Notes: generated by a model not told the origin, from the sequence alone. A DNA stretch of 64,000 nt from Escherichia coli (GCF_003991155.1 NZ_CP031293.1); one strand, 5' to 3'. Counted from the first letter of the stretch, positions 1-9,285 are shown. Numbers and translations are program-made.

Positions 1-414
1 TCGTCTTTTGGGATCAATGTCGTGATAAACGAGCGTACGATTTTTGAGCTTGACGCAGTGGCTGAGCTGGCGCAACAGTTTGGTGCTAGTGAATTGCTGT
101 TGTTGCCTCAGCAAGCAACTAATGCAGTCGCAAGTATGGACGAATTGGTCGGCCGAGAGCTTCAAAACTGGGTCTCTAGCTATAGAGGAAAGGTTCGACT
201 TGCAGTAAGTGAGGTGGGAGCGTCAGGGCTCCCCATATGTGACCCTCTTCCTAATGAAACAGGCCTTCAAGCCTACGCGCATATAGACGCTTCCGGGATA
301 TTGCGCACGAGTTCTTATTCAACCACAGGTATGGATATTGAAGAAACTGGTGTTATGTCCGCGCTTAAACGGCTTAGAAATACCTTAGAGATTAAACAAG
401 GGACACAATCATGA
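1..414 (+). CDS. Hypothetical protein, C-terminal part (5' end outside window); possibly a radical-SAM-type barrel C-terminus
   Basis: Frame 1 is open from nt 1 (SSFGINVVINERT...). The stop overlaps the next start (ATGA, 411-414). The pattern NxxxxxELxxVAELAQQFGASELLLLP...AYAHIDASGILR recalls the distal half of radical-SAM enzymes. This rests on memory only. Confidence 0.55.
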   Translation, partial: SSFGINVVINERTIFELDAVAELAQQFGASELLLLPQQATNAVASMDELVGRELQNWVSSYRGKVRLAVSEVGASGLPICDPLPNETGLQAYAHIDASGILRTSSYSTTGMDIEETGVMSALKRLRNTLEIKQGTQS

Positions 415-818
415 AAATTTGGAACGGATACGGATCTGAGCATTCGATGAACTTAGTTCTCATCGGAAAATTCAAGCAAGAGCAAGATGCAGTGAAGGTC
501 GAGAAGGATATTAAAACGCTCAGTACTCAGGCTGAGAAAGATGAATGTTACTCGATCCCTTTTGATGAGCCAGAGAATCAACGGTTTTCATATGAAATGC
601 TCTCATTACTATGCAGCCTAAAACTCCACACTTTAGGACCAACCGATCTTGGTCAATTGGTGTCAGATCATCATCTAGATCGCGAAGGCGATAGAATAAC
701 AATAACTACTGATGAGGCAGAGGTATCCGCGTTCGTGAAGCTGTTTGTCGAGGCTGGAGCAAAGGTCGAGATTTTCTCAGCGCATGACTATCCGTCCGAT
801 TCCAGCGATGCCAGTTGA
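411..818 (+). CDS. Hypothetical 135-aa protein, middle gene of the overlapped operon
   Basis: The ORF is translationally coupled on both sides (ATGA at 411-414; its TGA at 816-818 overlaps the TTG at 815). I recognise no motif. Confidence 0.6.
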   Translation: MKIWNGYGSEHSMNLVLIGKFKQEQDAVKVEKDIKTLSTQAEKDECYSIPFDEPENQRFSYEMLSLLCSLKLHTLGPTDLGQLVSDHHLDREGDRITITTDEAEVSAFVKLFVEAGAKVEIFSAHDYPSDSSDAS

Positions 819-3800
819 CAGAGGATGCATTGATGCCTGAAGTAAATTGGAAAGTATTCAACGAACTGCCCGGTGCAGCAGATGTGAACTTCGAAAACCT
901 TTGCCGCGCTCTGGTACGCCGACACTATGGTCGTTTCGGTCGCTTTAAGCAACTCGCAAATCAGCCTGGGGTGGAGTTTCACCTCGAGCTGACGGAGCCT
1001 TGTGATCTCGGTGCGCCACCAGGTTGGATTGGTTGGCAATGCAAGTGGTATGAACTGGTGAATGGACAAGATTTGGGAGCCTCCCGCCGCAACAAGATCA
1101 TCGAAGGTATCGAAAAGACGCGTAAGCATGTCCCTGGAGTGACCAATTGGAAGCTTTGGACTCATCACACGTTAACAAAAGGTGATCAAGAGTGGTTTTT
1201 CGCGCTAGAGCAAGACCGCTTCCCAGAATTGAAGTTAGAACTGCTCACAGCTACGGATATCGAAGATCTTTTGGTCGGACCGGGAGCGCTTTTACGAGAA
1301 ACCTACTTTGGTGAACTGGTTCTAACTCCAGAGCTAATTGCTGAGCAGTATAAGCTTGCAGTGGCCCCATTTAAGAACCGCTACCAGCCAGATGTTCATG
1401 TAGCGGTGGGGGCTGAGGAGAATATATTCAGGCATCTGTGCAGCCAAAACGCATGGGAATCTCTGGAAGAACTCTCAAACGCTTTAAAAAAGAATCATAC
1501 GAGCATTGCTTCGGTTACTGAGCAACTCAAAACTGAGCTCAGGGCTGAAGTTGAATTACTCCTGGCCCGGGTTATTGGGTTGACTGAGTTTATTGATGGC
1601 TTACACGCGGCGCTCGGCAAAGGTGACTTTAACTCTGTATATCAAGCGTTGGTTTCAAATCCGCGTCAGCCGGTACGTTATGACAGGCTACTTTCGAAAT
1701 TGCGTGGAGCGCGCTTTGACGGGGCTCCGTTAACCGCTAATTTGGTTGCAGATATCCACGCGGTTTCGTCAGTTCTCCGCAGTCTGGAGCAATCGATTAG
1801 TGCTCGGGCGGTTGCTGTTCTTGCGGCGGCGGGGGAAGGTAAGTCTGAACTTGCAGTCAAGGTAACACAGCCAGAAGGGGCGTTCCTAGGGGGAATCCTC
1901 CTATTAGGCAAGAATCTTCATTCAGGCCAGGGGCTTGATGATCTCGTATCTGCCTTCAAGATTTCTGGGAGACCAGCAGAAAGTTTTGACCGCCTGATTG
2001 AGGCCGTAGATGCGGCAGGCCAGCGTGCAGGTAAACGCATACCTATTGTTATTGACGGTCTGAATGAGGCGGAAGATCCGAGAAATTGGAAGGATGAATT
2101 ATCCCGAGTGGATGAGCTTCTAAAGAATTTTCCTTATGTCTTGTTAGTTGTCACTCTTCGCAATGAATTCGCCCAGATGTGTCTGCCTGAGGGGTTTCCC
2201 CAAGTTGAACATAATGGGTTTCAGGAAGATCCGAAGACAGCATTTGACAAGTATTTTGAGTACTACAAGATCGATGCTACTGATGCGGATCTACCAGTCG
2301 AACTCTTGCAGCACCCCTTAACACTGAGAATTTTTTGCGAAGTAGCAAATTCTCCTCGTCAGCATATTGTCGGAGTGGAAGCATTGCCCCGTTCGCTTGC
2401 AAGCCTGTTCGAAGCTCACTTTAACAAGGTTGCAGCACGAGTCGCTGAGCTTTCACCGACGATGCATCGCATTTATCAAGATGACGTTCAGGATGCACTA
2501 CTAACGATCGCGGGTCTTCTTTGGGATAACAATGCGAGAAGTGTGGATTTTCAGGCTACACGGATGGCAGTTCGGGATATGGGGTGGGACGACAGTATTA
2601 TTCGTGCACTGGAGTCTGAAGGCATTCTCGTTCGGACTATTTCTCCAGAAGGTAGGCAAGGAGTTGCGTTTGCATACGACCTAATGGCCGGACATATGAT
2701 GGCGCGCAACCTGCTTATGAAGCCTGAACTGGTGCAATGGCTACAAAGCGATGAAGGGAACGCAAAATTTAAATCTCATGGACCTGATTCGCATACCTTC
2801 GCTTATGACGTATTACGGGCTCTGGTTGATCTGTATCCGCAACACTCTGGTAGGCGGCAGCTTTGGCAAGACTTGTCGGATGATATACTCGTTATGAACG
2901 CTCTGCTATTGACGACGCAATCGGATCCAAGATATATCGGGCGGGCTACTGTTGAACGATTTGCTCAAGCTATGCAGGAGTCGAAGCGGTTTGCACAACT
3001 TGCCTTCGAGAGACTACGGAGCACTAGGGCTGCGCTGGCACATCCGTTTGATATGAGCTTTTTGCATGATGTGCTAATGGCTATGTCCAACACTCAGCGC
3101 GATCTTTTTTGGTCAGAGTGGATTCGTCAGAAATCTGAACAAGTTAAAGACGACTTAAAATTCTTGTCGACGAGATGGAAATCGGGTCATCTGGATGAGC
3201 GTGAACTTCGAAGAGTTCGCTGGGTAATGTGGACACTGACGACGACATCCAGAGCTTTGCGGGATATGGCTACCAAAGCCCTGTATGAATTTGCCATCAG
3301 GCGGCCAGAAGAGTTTTTCCGGTTAGCGACGGAGACAATTGTAGTTTCAGACCCATATGTCCCCGAGCGAGTGTTCGCCGCAGCCTACGGTGCAGTCCTG
3401 ACCACTTGGTCGGATATCGATGCGGTAGAGTTACATGATGCGTTGCCACGGTTCGCTCGTGAGATTTACCAAACCATGTTTGCACCTGGCGCTACAGCCC
3501 CTACCTGGCATGCATTACATCAGCAGTACTGTTTGGGAATCATTGCCATTGCGAGGATGGTCGATCCAAATTGTTTTTCAGAGGACGAAGCTGTTTATCT
3601 TCTTCCGCCATTTAGCCATCTGCCTAACGTATTTGAAAGCATTCAACCGTACGATCCAGAGATGATTGGGCGAGCGGAGAGCGCAGCGATTCAAATGGAC
3701 TTTGGTAACTATACGATTGGTGGACTTATTCCAGACAGAGCGAACTACGATGACAGTAATCCGGAGTACCAACAGGTGTTGCAGGCCATTGTTTCTCGAA

Positions 3801-4891
3801 TGCTGATGCTTGGTTATGACCCTGAGCAGTTTGAAGCTGTTGATCGGCAAATGTACTCCGGTTCTCGTATGGGAGATGACAAGCACAAAATCGATCGATA
3901 TGGCAAAAAGTACGGCTGGATAGCTTACTTCGAGATGTGGGGGATACGATACGCGCAGGGCCTCCTTTCCGAAGAACGCAGTGCTCGCCCATCAGATGCT
4001 GATATCGATCCAACGTTTCCGCAAAAAGTAGAGAGTATTAGTTTGTCACTCCCAGTCTTATTTAACGATCCGTCTGTGGATGATGGTGACTGGATCGTGG
4101 GAGGCCCGCTACCTGACTACCGTAGCATCCTTGAGATTACGGAGGTTGATGGTCTGACGGGGCCATGGATCCTACTTGACGGTTTTGTTGAGCAAAATGC
4201 TACCTCGGATGACCGACAGATTTTCACTTTCCTGCGAGGAGTATTCGTAGATAGCCAAGAAGTTGACAATCTATGTAGGTTGTTCATTGATCTTGAATAT
4301 CCTGGCAATAGCGCCATCCCTGATGCTCCTGGCTACTATTACACCTATGCGGGTGAGATGCCTTTCCCGACTATTCCGGGGCTGCTAGTCGCTAATGAAC
4401 AAGAGGATGATAGCGATGAAAATTTGGTGTTCGCAGAAAGATGGTCAGGCAATGGCGTTGCGGTAGATATCACAGTGCAGGACTACAACTGGGAGAGCTA
4501 CCATAGCGTGGAGAACCAAAGCAGCGGTGCGAGCCTGCCCTCAAAGCAACTTTGTGAGGCTTTGAATCTCAGATACTGTGCAAACAAATGGGATTTGCAT
4601 GATGCTGCAGGTGTAGCGTCACTTTACCGCAAAATTGACGAAAATGGTTCGGACGTCAGTGGCTCTGTCAGCTATCTACGTCGTGATCTACTTGACCGCT
4701 ATTTGATGCAATCCGGTAAGGTATTGGTATGGCTTATGTGGGGAGAGCGTGGTTTTCATTACCGGTCCAACAAGACACGCAATTTGCACAGGTATTACGT
4801 GAATCACCAACATATTCACAAGCGTATTCATATCCATCAGATAGCTTCGAGTACTAGTAACCCAAATATTGCGGATGGAGTCGCTATATGA
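815..4891 (+). CDS. Large STAND/NACHT-like P-loop NTPase with an N-terminal Mrr/PD-(D/E)xK-like domain and a ~900-aa C-terminal region (Avs/bNACHT-like)
   Basis: The ORF is 1,358 aa (TTG at 815, or ATG at 833). Walker A is AAAGEGKS (aa 337-344, nt 1823-1846). Walker B is IVIDGLNE (aa 411-418, nt 2045-2068), followed by LLVVTLRNE. The N-terminus reads FENLCRALV..GVEFHLEL..GWQCKWY (aa 26-79), like Mrr-type nuclease cores. Confidence 0.8.
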   Translation: MTEDALMPEVNWKVFNELPGAADVNFENLCRALVRRHYGRFGRFKQLANQPGVEFHLELTEPCDLGAPPGWIGWQCKWYELVNGQDLGASRRNKIIEGIEKTRKHVPGVTNWKLWTHHTLTKGDQEWFFALEQDRFPELKLELLTATDIEDLLVGPGALLRETYFGELVLTPELIAEQYKLAVAPFKNRYQPDVHVAVGAEENIFRHLCSQNAWESLEELSNALKKNHTSIASVTEQLKTELRAEVELLLARVIGLTEFIDGLHAALGKGDFNSVYQALVSNPRQPVRYDRLLSKLRGARFDGAPLTANLVADIHAVSSVLRSLEQSISARAVAVLAAAGEGKSELAVKVTQPEGAFLGGILLLGKNLHSGQGLDDLVSAFKISGRPAESFDRLIEAVDAAGQRAGKRIPIVIDGLNEAEDPRNWKDELSRVDELLKNFPYVLLVVTLRNEFAQMCLPEGFPQVEHNGFQEDPKTAFDKYFEYYKIDATDADLPVELLQHPLTLRIFCEVANSPRQHIVGVEALPRSLASLFEAHFNKVAARVAELSPTMHRIYQDDVQDALLTIAGLLWDNNARSVDFQATRMAVRDMGWDDSIIRALESEGILVRTISPEGRQGVAFAYDLMAGHMMARNLLMKPELVQWLQSDEGNAKFKSHGPDSHTFAYDVLRALVDLYPQHSGRRQLWQDLSDDILVMNALLLTTQSDPRYIGRATVERFAQAMQESKRFAQLAFERLRSTRAALAHPFDMSFLHDVLMAMSNTQRDLFWSEWIRQKSEQVKDDLKFLSTRWKSGHLDERELRRVRWVMWTLTTTSRALRDMATKALYEFAIRRPEEFFRLATETIVVSDPYVPERVFAAAYGAVLTTWSDIDAVELHDALPRFAREIYQTMFAPGATAPTWHALHQQYCLGIIAIARMVDPNCFSEDEAVYLLPPFSHLPNVFESIQPYDPEMIGRAESAAIQMDFGNYTIGGLIPDRANYDDSNPEYQQVLQAIVSRMLMLGYDPEQFEAVDRQMYSGSRMGDDKHKIDRYGKKYGWIAYFEMWGIRYAQGLLSEERSARPSDADIDPTFPQKVESISLSLPVLFNDPSVDDGDWIVGGPLPDYRSILEITEVDGLTGPWILLDGFVEQNATSDDRQIFTFLRGVFVDSQEVDNLCRLFIDLEYPGNSAIPDAPGYYYTYAGEMPFPTIPGLLVANEQEDDSDENLVFAERWSGNGVAVDITVQDYNWESYHSVENQSSGASLPSKQLCEALNLRYCANKWDLHDAAGVASLYRKIDENGSDVSGSVSYLRRDLLDRYLMQSGKVLVWLMWGERGFHYRSNKTRNLHRYYVNHQHIHKRIHIHQIASSTSNPNIADGVAI

Positions 4892-5052
4892 GTTACGACT
4901 TCAGAAATCTTTCATCCGCAAACTTTGAGGATCTTGTGCGGGATCTTATCGAAAAAGAAGAAGGGTTCGCTTCGAAGCATTCTCTGTGGGGGCTGATAAT
5001 GATATTGATGGCCGACACGCACATGCTGGAGGGAATGTCAGTTTATAGGTAA
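4888..5052 (+). pseudogene. Frameshifted and 3'-truncated remnant of a restriction-endonuclease-like (Mrr-type N-terminus) gene
   Basis: The ATG at 4888 overlaps the upstream TGA (ATGA). It reads MSYDFRNLSSANFEDLVRDLIEKEEG. The family-typical continuation RFEAFSVGADNDIDGRHA is found in another frame after ~4966, followed by TAG at 5046-5048. No further coding sequence follows. Confidence 0.6.
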
Positions 5053-6264
5053 AACCTTATGAAGGGGCGTCGTTTAGTATACTGATGGCTATTATGAAGT
5101 GTGAGTGGTTGTCTAAAGATAAGCTAGCCCTCACACGCTGTATCAAGCGACCTCTTGTTAGCTTACTCCAGCTAGCAAGAGTAAACTTTCCCCACTCATA
5201 GGGCTATGTTTGAAGTCCGAGTCGGAAATTGGGGGGCAGAAGACATAAAAGGTCTCCTTAAGAAGTCTTCTTGTCTGTACAAAAACTCTTATTTTGACAA
5301 AGAGCATTGTAGTTATTAACAGGCTGATTAATAAATTTAAAAATAAGTCGTCAGGAACACCAGATTAGCTACCCAAATTCTCATGCCGTGGAAGCGGAAG
5401 AAAAATACTCCCCTGAATATCTTCATATCGGATATACATAATAAGCTTGAGGTTGTATATTTGAAGAATTGAGTAGCCAGAGCCTTGTTGACATAAAGCG
5501 ACACGAACAACATGTTACTTAAAATATCACGAGTATATATTCAGACTTGTTTATGTTGCGACATGGATTCTACAGGCAGCTGGCTGAAACAGTGAGTCAG
5601 AAAAATTTACAGGAGCGCCATAGTCATTAATGGATATCCGTAATATGCTGATGCAAAAGGGTAAGGAGTTTGCCGGTAATCTGCGGTGTTAGACGACAAT
5701 TACAAAACGACCTTAGGCGTCAATTACCGCTGAAAAAAGTGACAGATCACTTTCTATAAAATGCTGCCGTATGACCGACAGATTTATTCCGCTTTATAGC
5801 CATGACTGTTCGGTGCTCACTTCGCTGCGCTCCGCCTCAGTCCTGCCTAAAAAGCGTTGCAGGTTAGTTTGTATCGGCCTAATGAAAGGCTGTTTTAGCG
5901 AAGCGTAAATGTGACATCTTATCTGGTCTAATCTCTTTGCGATAATTGACGCAAAAGCATGGGCTGTAATTGTCACGCAATACTGCGGCAAGTCTCATGA
6001 TGATGCCTCTGACAGGGATCTCCGTAGCCATTAACTGGTCGATTGGTAAGCTAAAACAAAAAAATTGAATTTGTCAAGACAGCCATAATGACTACCATTT
6101 TCGTCTCTGCTTTTCCATCCTGAAATTAATGGCTATCATATTCGCAATAGACAACATCATCTTACTTGCACTCAACTATAACTAATGCTGAGTGCAAGAA
6201 ACGGGGATTATATCCCCTATCAAGGACCTGTTGAAATATTAGTCTGGAATTTCGAGGCTGTAAT

Positions 6265-6789
6265 TTAAATTGCTCCATTTGCCTTAGCATCAAGAATGAA
6301 TTTTTCATACTCGCGTTCTGCAACAACAACAGGGACTGTTTTGCGATTATATAATTGCATTAATAACAATGTACGATGCCTTCCATCAGAAACACCAAAT
6401 TCACTGTTAGATGCCTCTGGATATTCAACATACCCTTTTGATATATATTTTTTGATTTTATGCCATCTACGCGGATCAATGCAGAATGCTCCATCTCCTA
6501 ATTTTTTAAGAAAGGCTAGCCCATCGACATATACAATCCTGGTAGGACAATGCCGATAGCGTACAGGAAGGGTAAAGATAATATTTTCAAAAACAGGGAA
6601 AGTAAGACCTGAATCATCTTTAGGTATTGACTCAAAGGAATCAAAAGGATATTTTGTCATGTAATCATTTAGTTTTTCAATATCCATATTGGAAAACCAC
6701 GATACTTCCGGGAGAAATTTTTTATCTCTTTCTCTAATTTCTTTGATCGAATCTCCAAATATATCATCTAACCTCCACCCCTCTTTCAT
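6265..6789 (-). CDS. Hypothetical protein with ParB/Srx-like DGRHR motif
   Basis: The ORF is 174 aa and AT-rich, with a GGAG-type RBS. The motif VSDGRHRTLLL near the C-terminus resembles the ParB/sulfiredoxin-fold signature. It is the last gene of the rhs cassette string. Confidence 0.6.
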   Translation of the reverse strand: MKEGWRLDDIFGDSIKEIRERDKKFLPEVSWFSNMDIEKLNDYMTKYPFDSFESIPKDDSGLTFPVFENIIFTLPVRYRHCPTRIVYVDGLAFLKKLGDGAFCIDPRRWHKIKKYISKGYVEYPEASNSEFGVSDGRHRTLLLMQLYNRKTVPVVVAEREYEKFILDAKANGAI

Positions 6790-6833
6790 TTATGCTCCTA
6801 AAATAATGTGATATTAAAAATTCTGTTAATAAG

Positions 6834-7349
6834 TCAAATTTTATGAATACTAATAAGGGGTTTGCACCACTCAACCGAGAGAATATCTTCCATTTTATAA
6901 AAAACGCCATAATCACTTTGATTATAATGCTCAATTTTATCAGCCATTTGTAATCTAATTTTGTCTTTGTAAATTCTACTTCGGATCAAACTGGCGAAAT
7001 TATATATATCAACCCTCAGATTGATAATATTATTTCTATCTGGGCGTCTTTCATGTAACATATCACGAAAAGAAACAAGTAACGTAATTAATTTTTTAGC
7101 CTCATTATTTTTAATATATCCTTTTTTAAAGATGCATAATATTAATTTTGAAATTAAGCTGATTTTTATTTGTAAATTATAGATAGCATTATCGTTTGTC
7201 AGGCAGGTTATGACTTCAATTACTTCACGTGAGCGAATATAATTGTCCAGTGCTTCCCATTCATCCATTCCTCGATGCATTGAAAGTTCCAATTGCCTTA
7301 AAAAAGCATATAACCCCAATAAGAAGTCGCTATTGCAGTATATTTTCAT
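6834..7349 (-). CDS. Putative immunity protein for the orphan Rhs C-terminal toxin 2
   Basis: The ORF is 171 aa. Its ATG overlaps the toxin stop (ATGA, 7346-7349). It is very AT-rich, which is typical for an rhs-CT/immunity pair. Confidence 0.6.
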   Translation of the reverse strand: MKIYCNSDFLLGLYAFLRQLELSMHRGMDEWEALDNYIRSREVIEVITCLTNDNAIYNLQIKISLISKLILCIFKKGYIKNNEAKKLITLLVSFRDMLHERRPDRNNIINLRVDIYNFASLIRSRIYKDKIRLQMADKIEHYNQSDYGVFYKMEDILSVEWCKPLISIHKI

Positions 7350-8737
7350 GAATCACATCCTTTAATAAAACTCATTATTCGTGACCAAAAAGAGTCTTTT
7401 TTGTATATAGGGTTTTTATCGTTTAATGGTAAAGGATCGTCTGTTGGTATAACGGCTGTATTTCTTGGCCCAACATTTGTTTTAGTAAGTGAATCTTTGG
7501 AAGCATCAAACTCTACATAAGAACCATTCTTCCATGCCCCTGTTTCTGCACCTGCCGTTTTAGGATCTCCAAATGGCTCCACCTCAACGTGTACACCAAC
7601 AGGATTGCCTCTGGCAGGGTTGATAGACCCATCCTTGCTAATTCCATCAATACCCTCTGTTGAAGTATGATGTCTAACTCTAACAGTATCGTCACCAGTT
7701 AACCCTAACGGATCAATAATTTTTAGCGGATTAAATACATATCCATACAGGCAATCCCCACCTCTCAGCCCCATCGGATCAGCACACAGATACTGCCCCG
7801 TATCGCAATCATAATACCTGAATCGGTTATAGTACAGGCCTGACTCAACATCCTCGTACTGCCCCGGAAAACGTAACCGGCATGTGGGCGCATCTTCTTT
7901 ACTGATGCCTTCCTCACGCCCCCAGAGCTGCTGCTTGCCTTTCCAGACTATCAGACCCTCTTCGGTCAGCAGTTCTTGTACGCGGCCAGTTGTGTCTGTT
8001 ACCGCATAATGCAGTTGCCCCTTTTCATAACGCGCAAACGGCGTGAAATCTCCCGGCTCGTATATCCAGCGGATGGCGTTTTCATCTTCCGGTTTGCCGT
8101 CAGCGCCAACCGGAATTTCCGCCGTCAACTGGTCGCCGTTCCAGTGAAAATCCATGCCGCGTTTGTCGCGGCTGGTACAGCGCTTGCTGATGCGCCTGCC
8201 GAACGGGTCATACTTATATTCCCAGCGTTCGCCCTCCGGTGTTTCCAGTCCGGTCAACTGGCTGCGTGCATCCCATTTATAACGCCATTCCAGTGGGCGA
8301 TAACCCCCTTTATCCACCAGTTTCTGTACCAGCCTGCCGTTAACATCATATTTCCAGGTGATGTTGTGCGCATTCACCACCCGGACAAATCTCCCGTCTT
8401 CCCCTTTTCCGGTGTCCGGGTTGATGCGATGCGTCGAGTGCCGCCAGCCTTCATGTTCCCGCGATACCACACGACCATGCTGCTGTTGCTGGTGCGTCTC
8501 GCTTTCCAGTACGTTATTCACCCTGATCTGGCGACGGGTAATGTTCAGGTTTTTATCGTAAGTGAACAGCTCCTCGCACAGCGGAAACTGGCTGGAATCA
8601 CCCGTCCAGGTGGCGTGGCTTATCTGGTCGTTTGCCGTGATGGTGTTGAACATGGAGCCGCGCAGCGAGTCGGCGATTGCGGTGAGGTTATACGCTTTGT
8701 CGTAGCTTCGCTGCGTCGGGAGGTTTCCATGCCGCAC
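7346..8737 (-). CDS. Orphan Rhs core fragment (YD repeats) fused to a ~116-aa C-terminal toxin domain
   Basis: YD-repeat text is present (YDKAYNLTAIAD, WRYKWDARSQLTGLETPEGERWEYKYDPFGRR). The core-end motif is RFRYYDCDTGQYLCADPMGLRGG...NPLKIIDPLGL, followed by a unique tail. Rhs-like sequence continues upstream (8738-8848) in a different frame with no start codon, so the cassette is 5'-truncated and frameshifted. Confidence 0.8.
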   Translation of the reverse strand: MRHGNLPTQRSYDKAYNLTAIADSLRGSMFNTITANDQISHATWTGDSSQFPLCEELFTYDKNLNITRRQIRVNNVLESETHQQQQHGRVVSREHEGWRHSTHRINPDTGKGEDGRFVRVVNAHNITWKYDVNGRLVQKLVDKGGYRPLEWRYKWDARSQLTGLETPEGERWEYKYDPFGRRISKRCTSRDKRGMDFHWNGDQLTAEIPVGADGKPEDENAIRWIYEPGDFTPFARYEKGQLHYAVTDTTGRVQELLTEEGLIVWKGKQQLWGREEGISKEDAPTCRLRFPGQYEDVESGLYYNRFRYYDCDTGQYLCADPMGLRGGDCLYGYVFNPLKIIDPLGLTGDDTVRVRHHTSTEGIDGISKDGSINPARGNPVGVHVEVEPFGDPKTAGAETGAWKNGSYVEFDASKDSLTKTNVGPRNTAVIPTDDPLPLNDKNPIYKKDSFWSRIMSFIKGCDS

Positions 8738-8850
8738 AGGTCGTGCTCAAATGTCAGCGGGGCATGGTCCGCTATTCGCCATGACGTAAGATGCCCCATC
8801 AGGTCGCGGGTGAAGCGTTCTGTGATACCCTCAGCCTGTAATTTTACAGG

Positions 8851-9285
8851 TTAAATGGGGAATTTTTCTTCAATGAGCTTCAAGCCAAGTAATGCCATAT
8901 CATGAATATCTTCATCATGCGATTGAGCCGAAATTTTCAACCCGTTTACCATTCTTTTATCTGGGAAAGACATTGTTAATATAGTACACCAAAGCCTAAC
9001 GCTTTTTATTGTGTTAGGATTTTCGAGTATGTTAACGATATTTATAACAACATCATTAAAATCACACTTATAGAGAAAATCCTCAACAATTTGATATACT
9101 CCAAGACCATCACCCTCACCAAAAGATCGCAAAAATAAAGGTATTGCATCTTTATCGGGATGGGAAAGAAAGTAAATTCGTACCTCATCGTATTTATCTA
9201 TAAGATCCTGAGTAATATCACAATCCGCGGGCATTGGTTGATGTAGTGACAGGAACTCTAATGCTTCTTTTTTATTCATATTCAT
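8851..9285 (-). CDS. Putative immunity protein for Rhs C-terminal toxin 1
   Basis: The ORF starts at MNMNKKEAL, and its ATG overlaps the toxin TGA (ATGA, 9282-9285). It is AT-rich, ~144 aa, and lies immediately downstream of the toxin. Confidence 0.6.
   Translation of the reverse strand: MNMNKKEALEFLSLHQPMPADCDITQDLIDKYDEVRIYFLSHPDKDAIPLFLRSFGEGDGLGVYQIVEDFLYKCDFNDVVINIVNILENPNTIKSVRLWCTILTMSFPDKRMVNGLKISAQSHDEDIHDMALLGLKLIEEKFPI

Noticed and set aside
7976-8854. A 292-aa plus-strand ORF (and 8358-8561)
   Set aside because: It lies entirely antisense to the YD-repeat Rhs core, which has unmistakable protein-level signatures on the minus strand. Its composition (Arg/Pro/Ala-rich) is typical of a shadow frame in GC-rich DNA.
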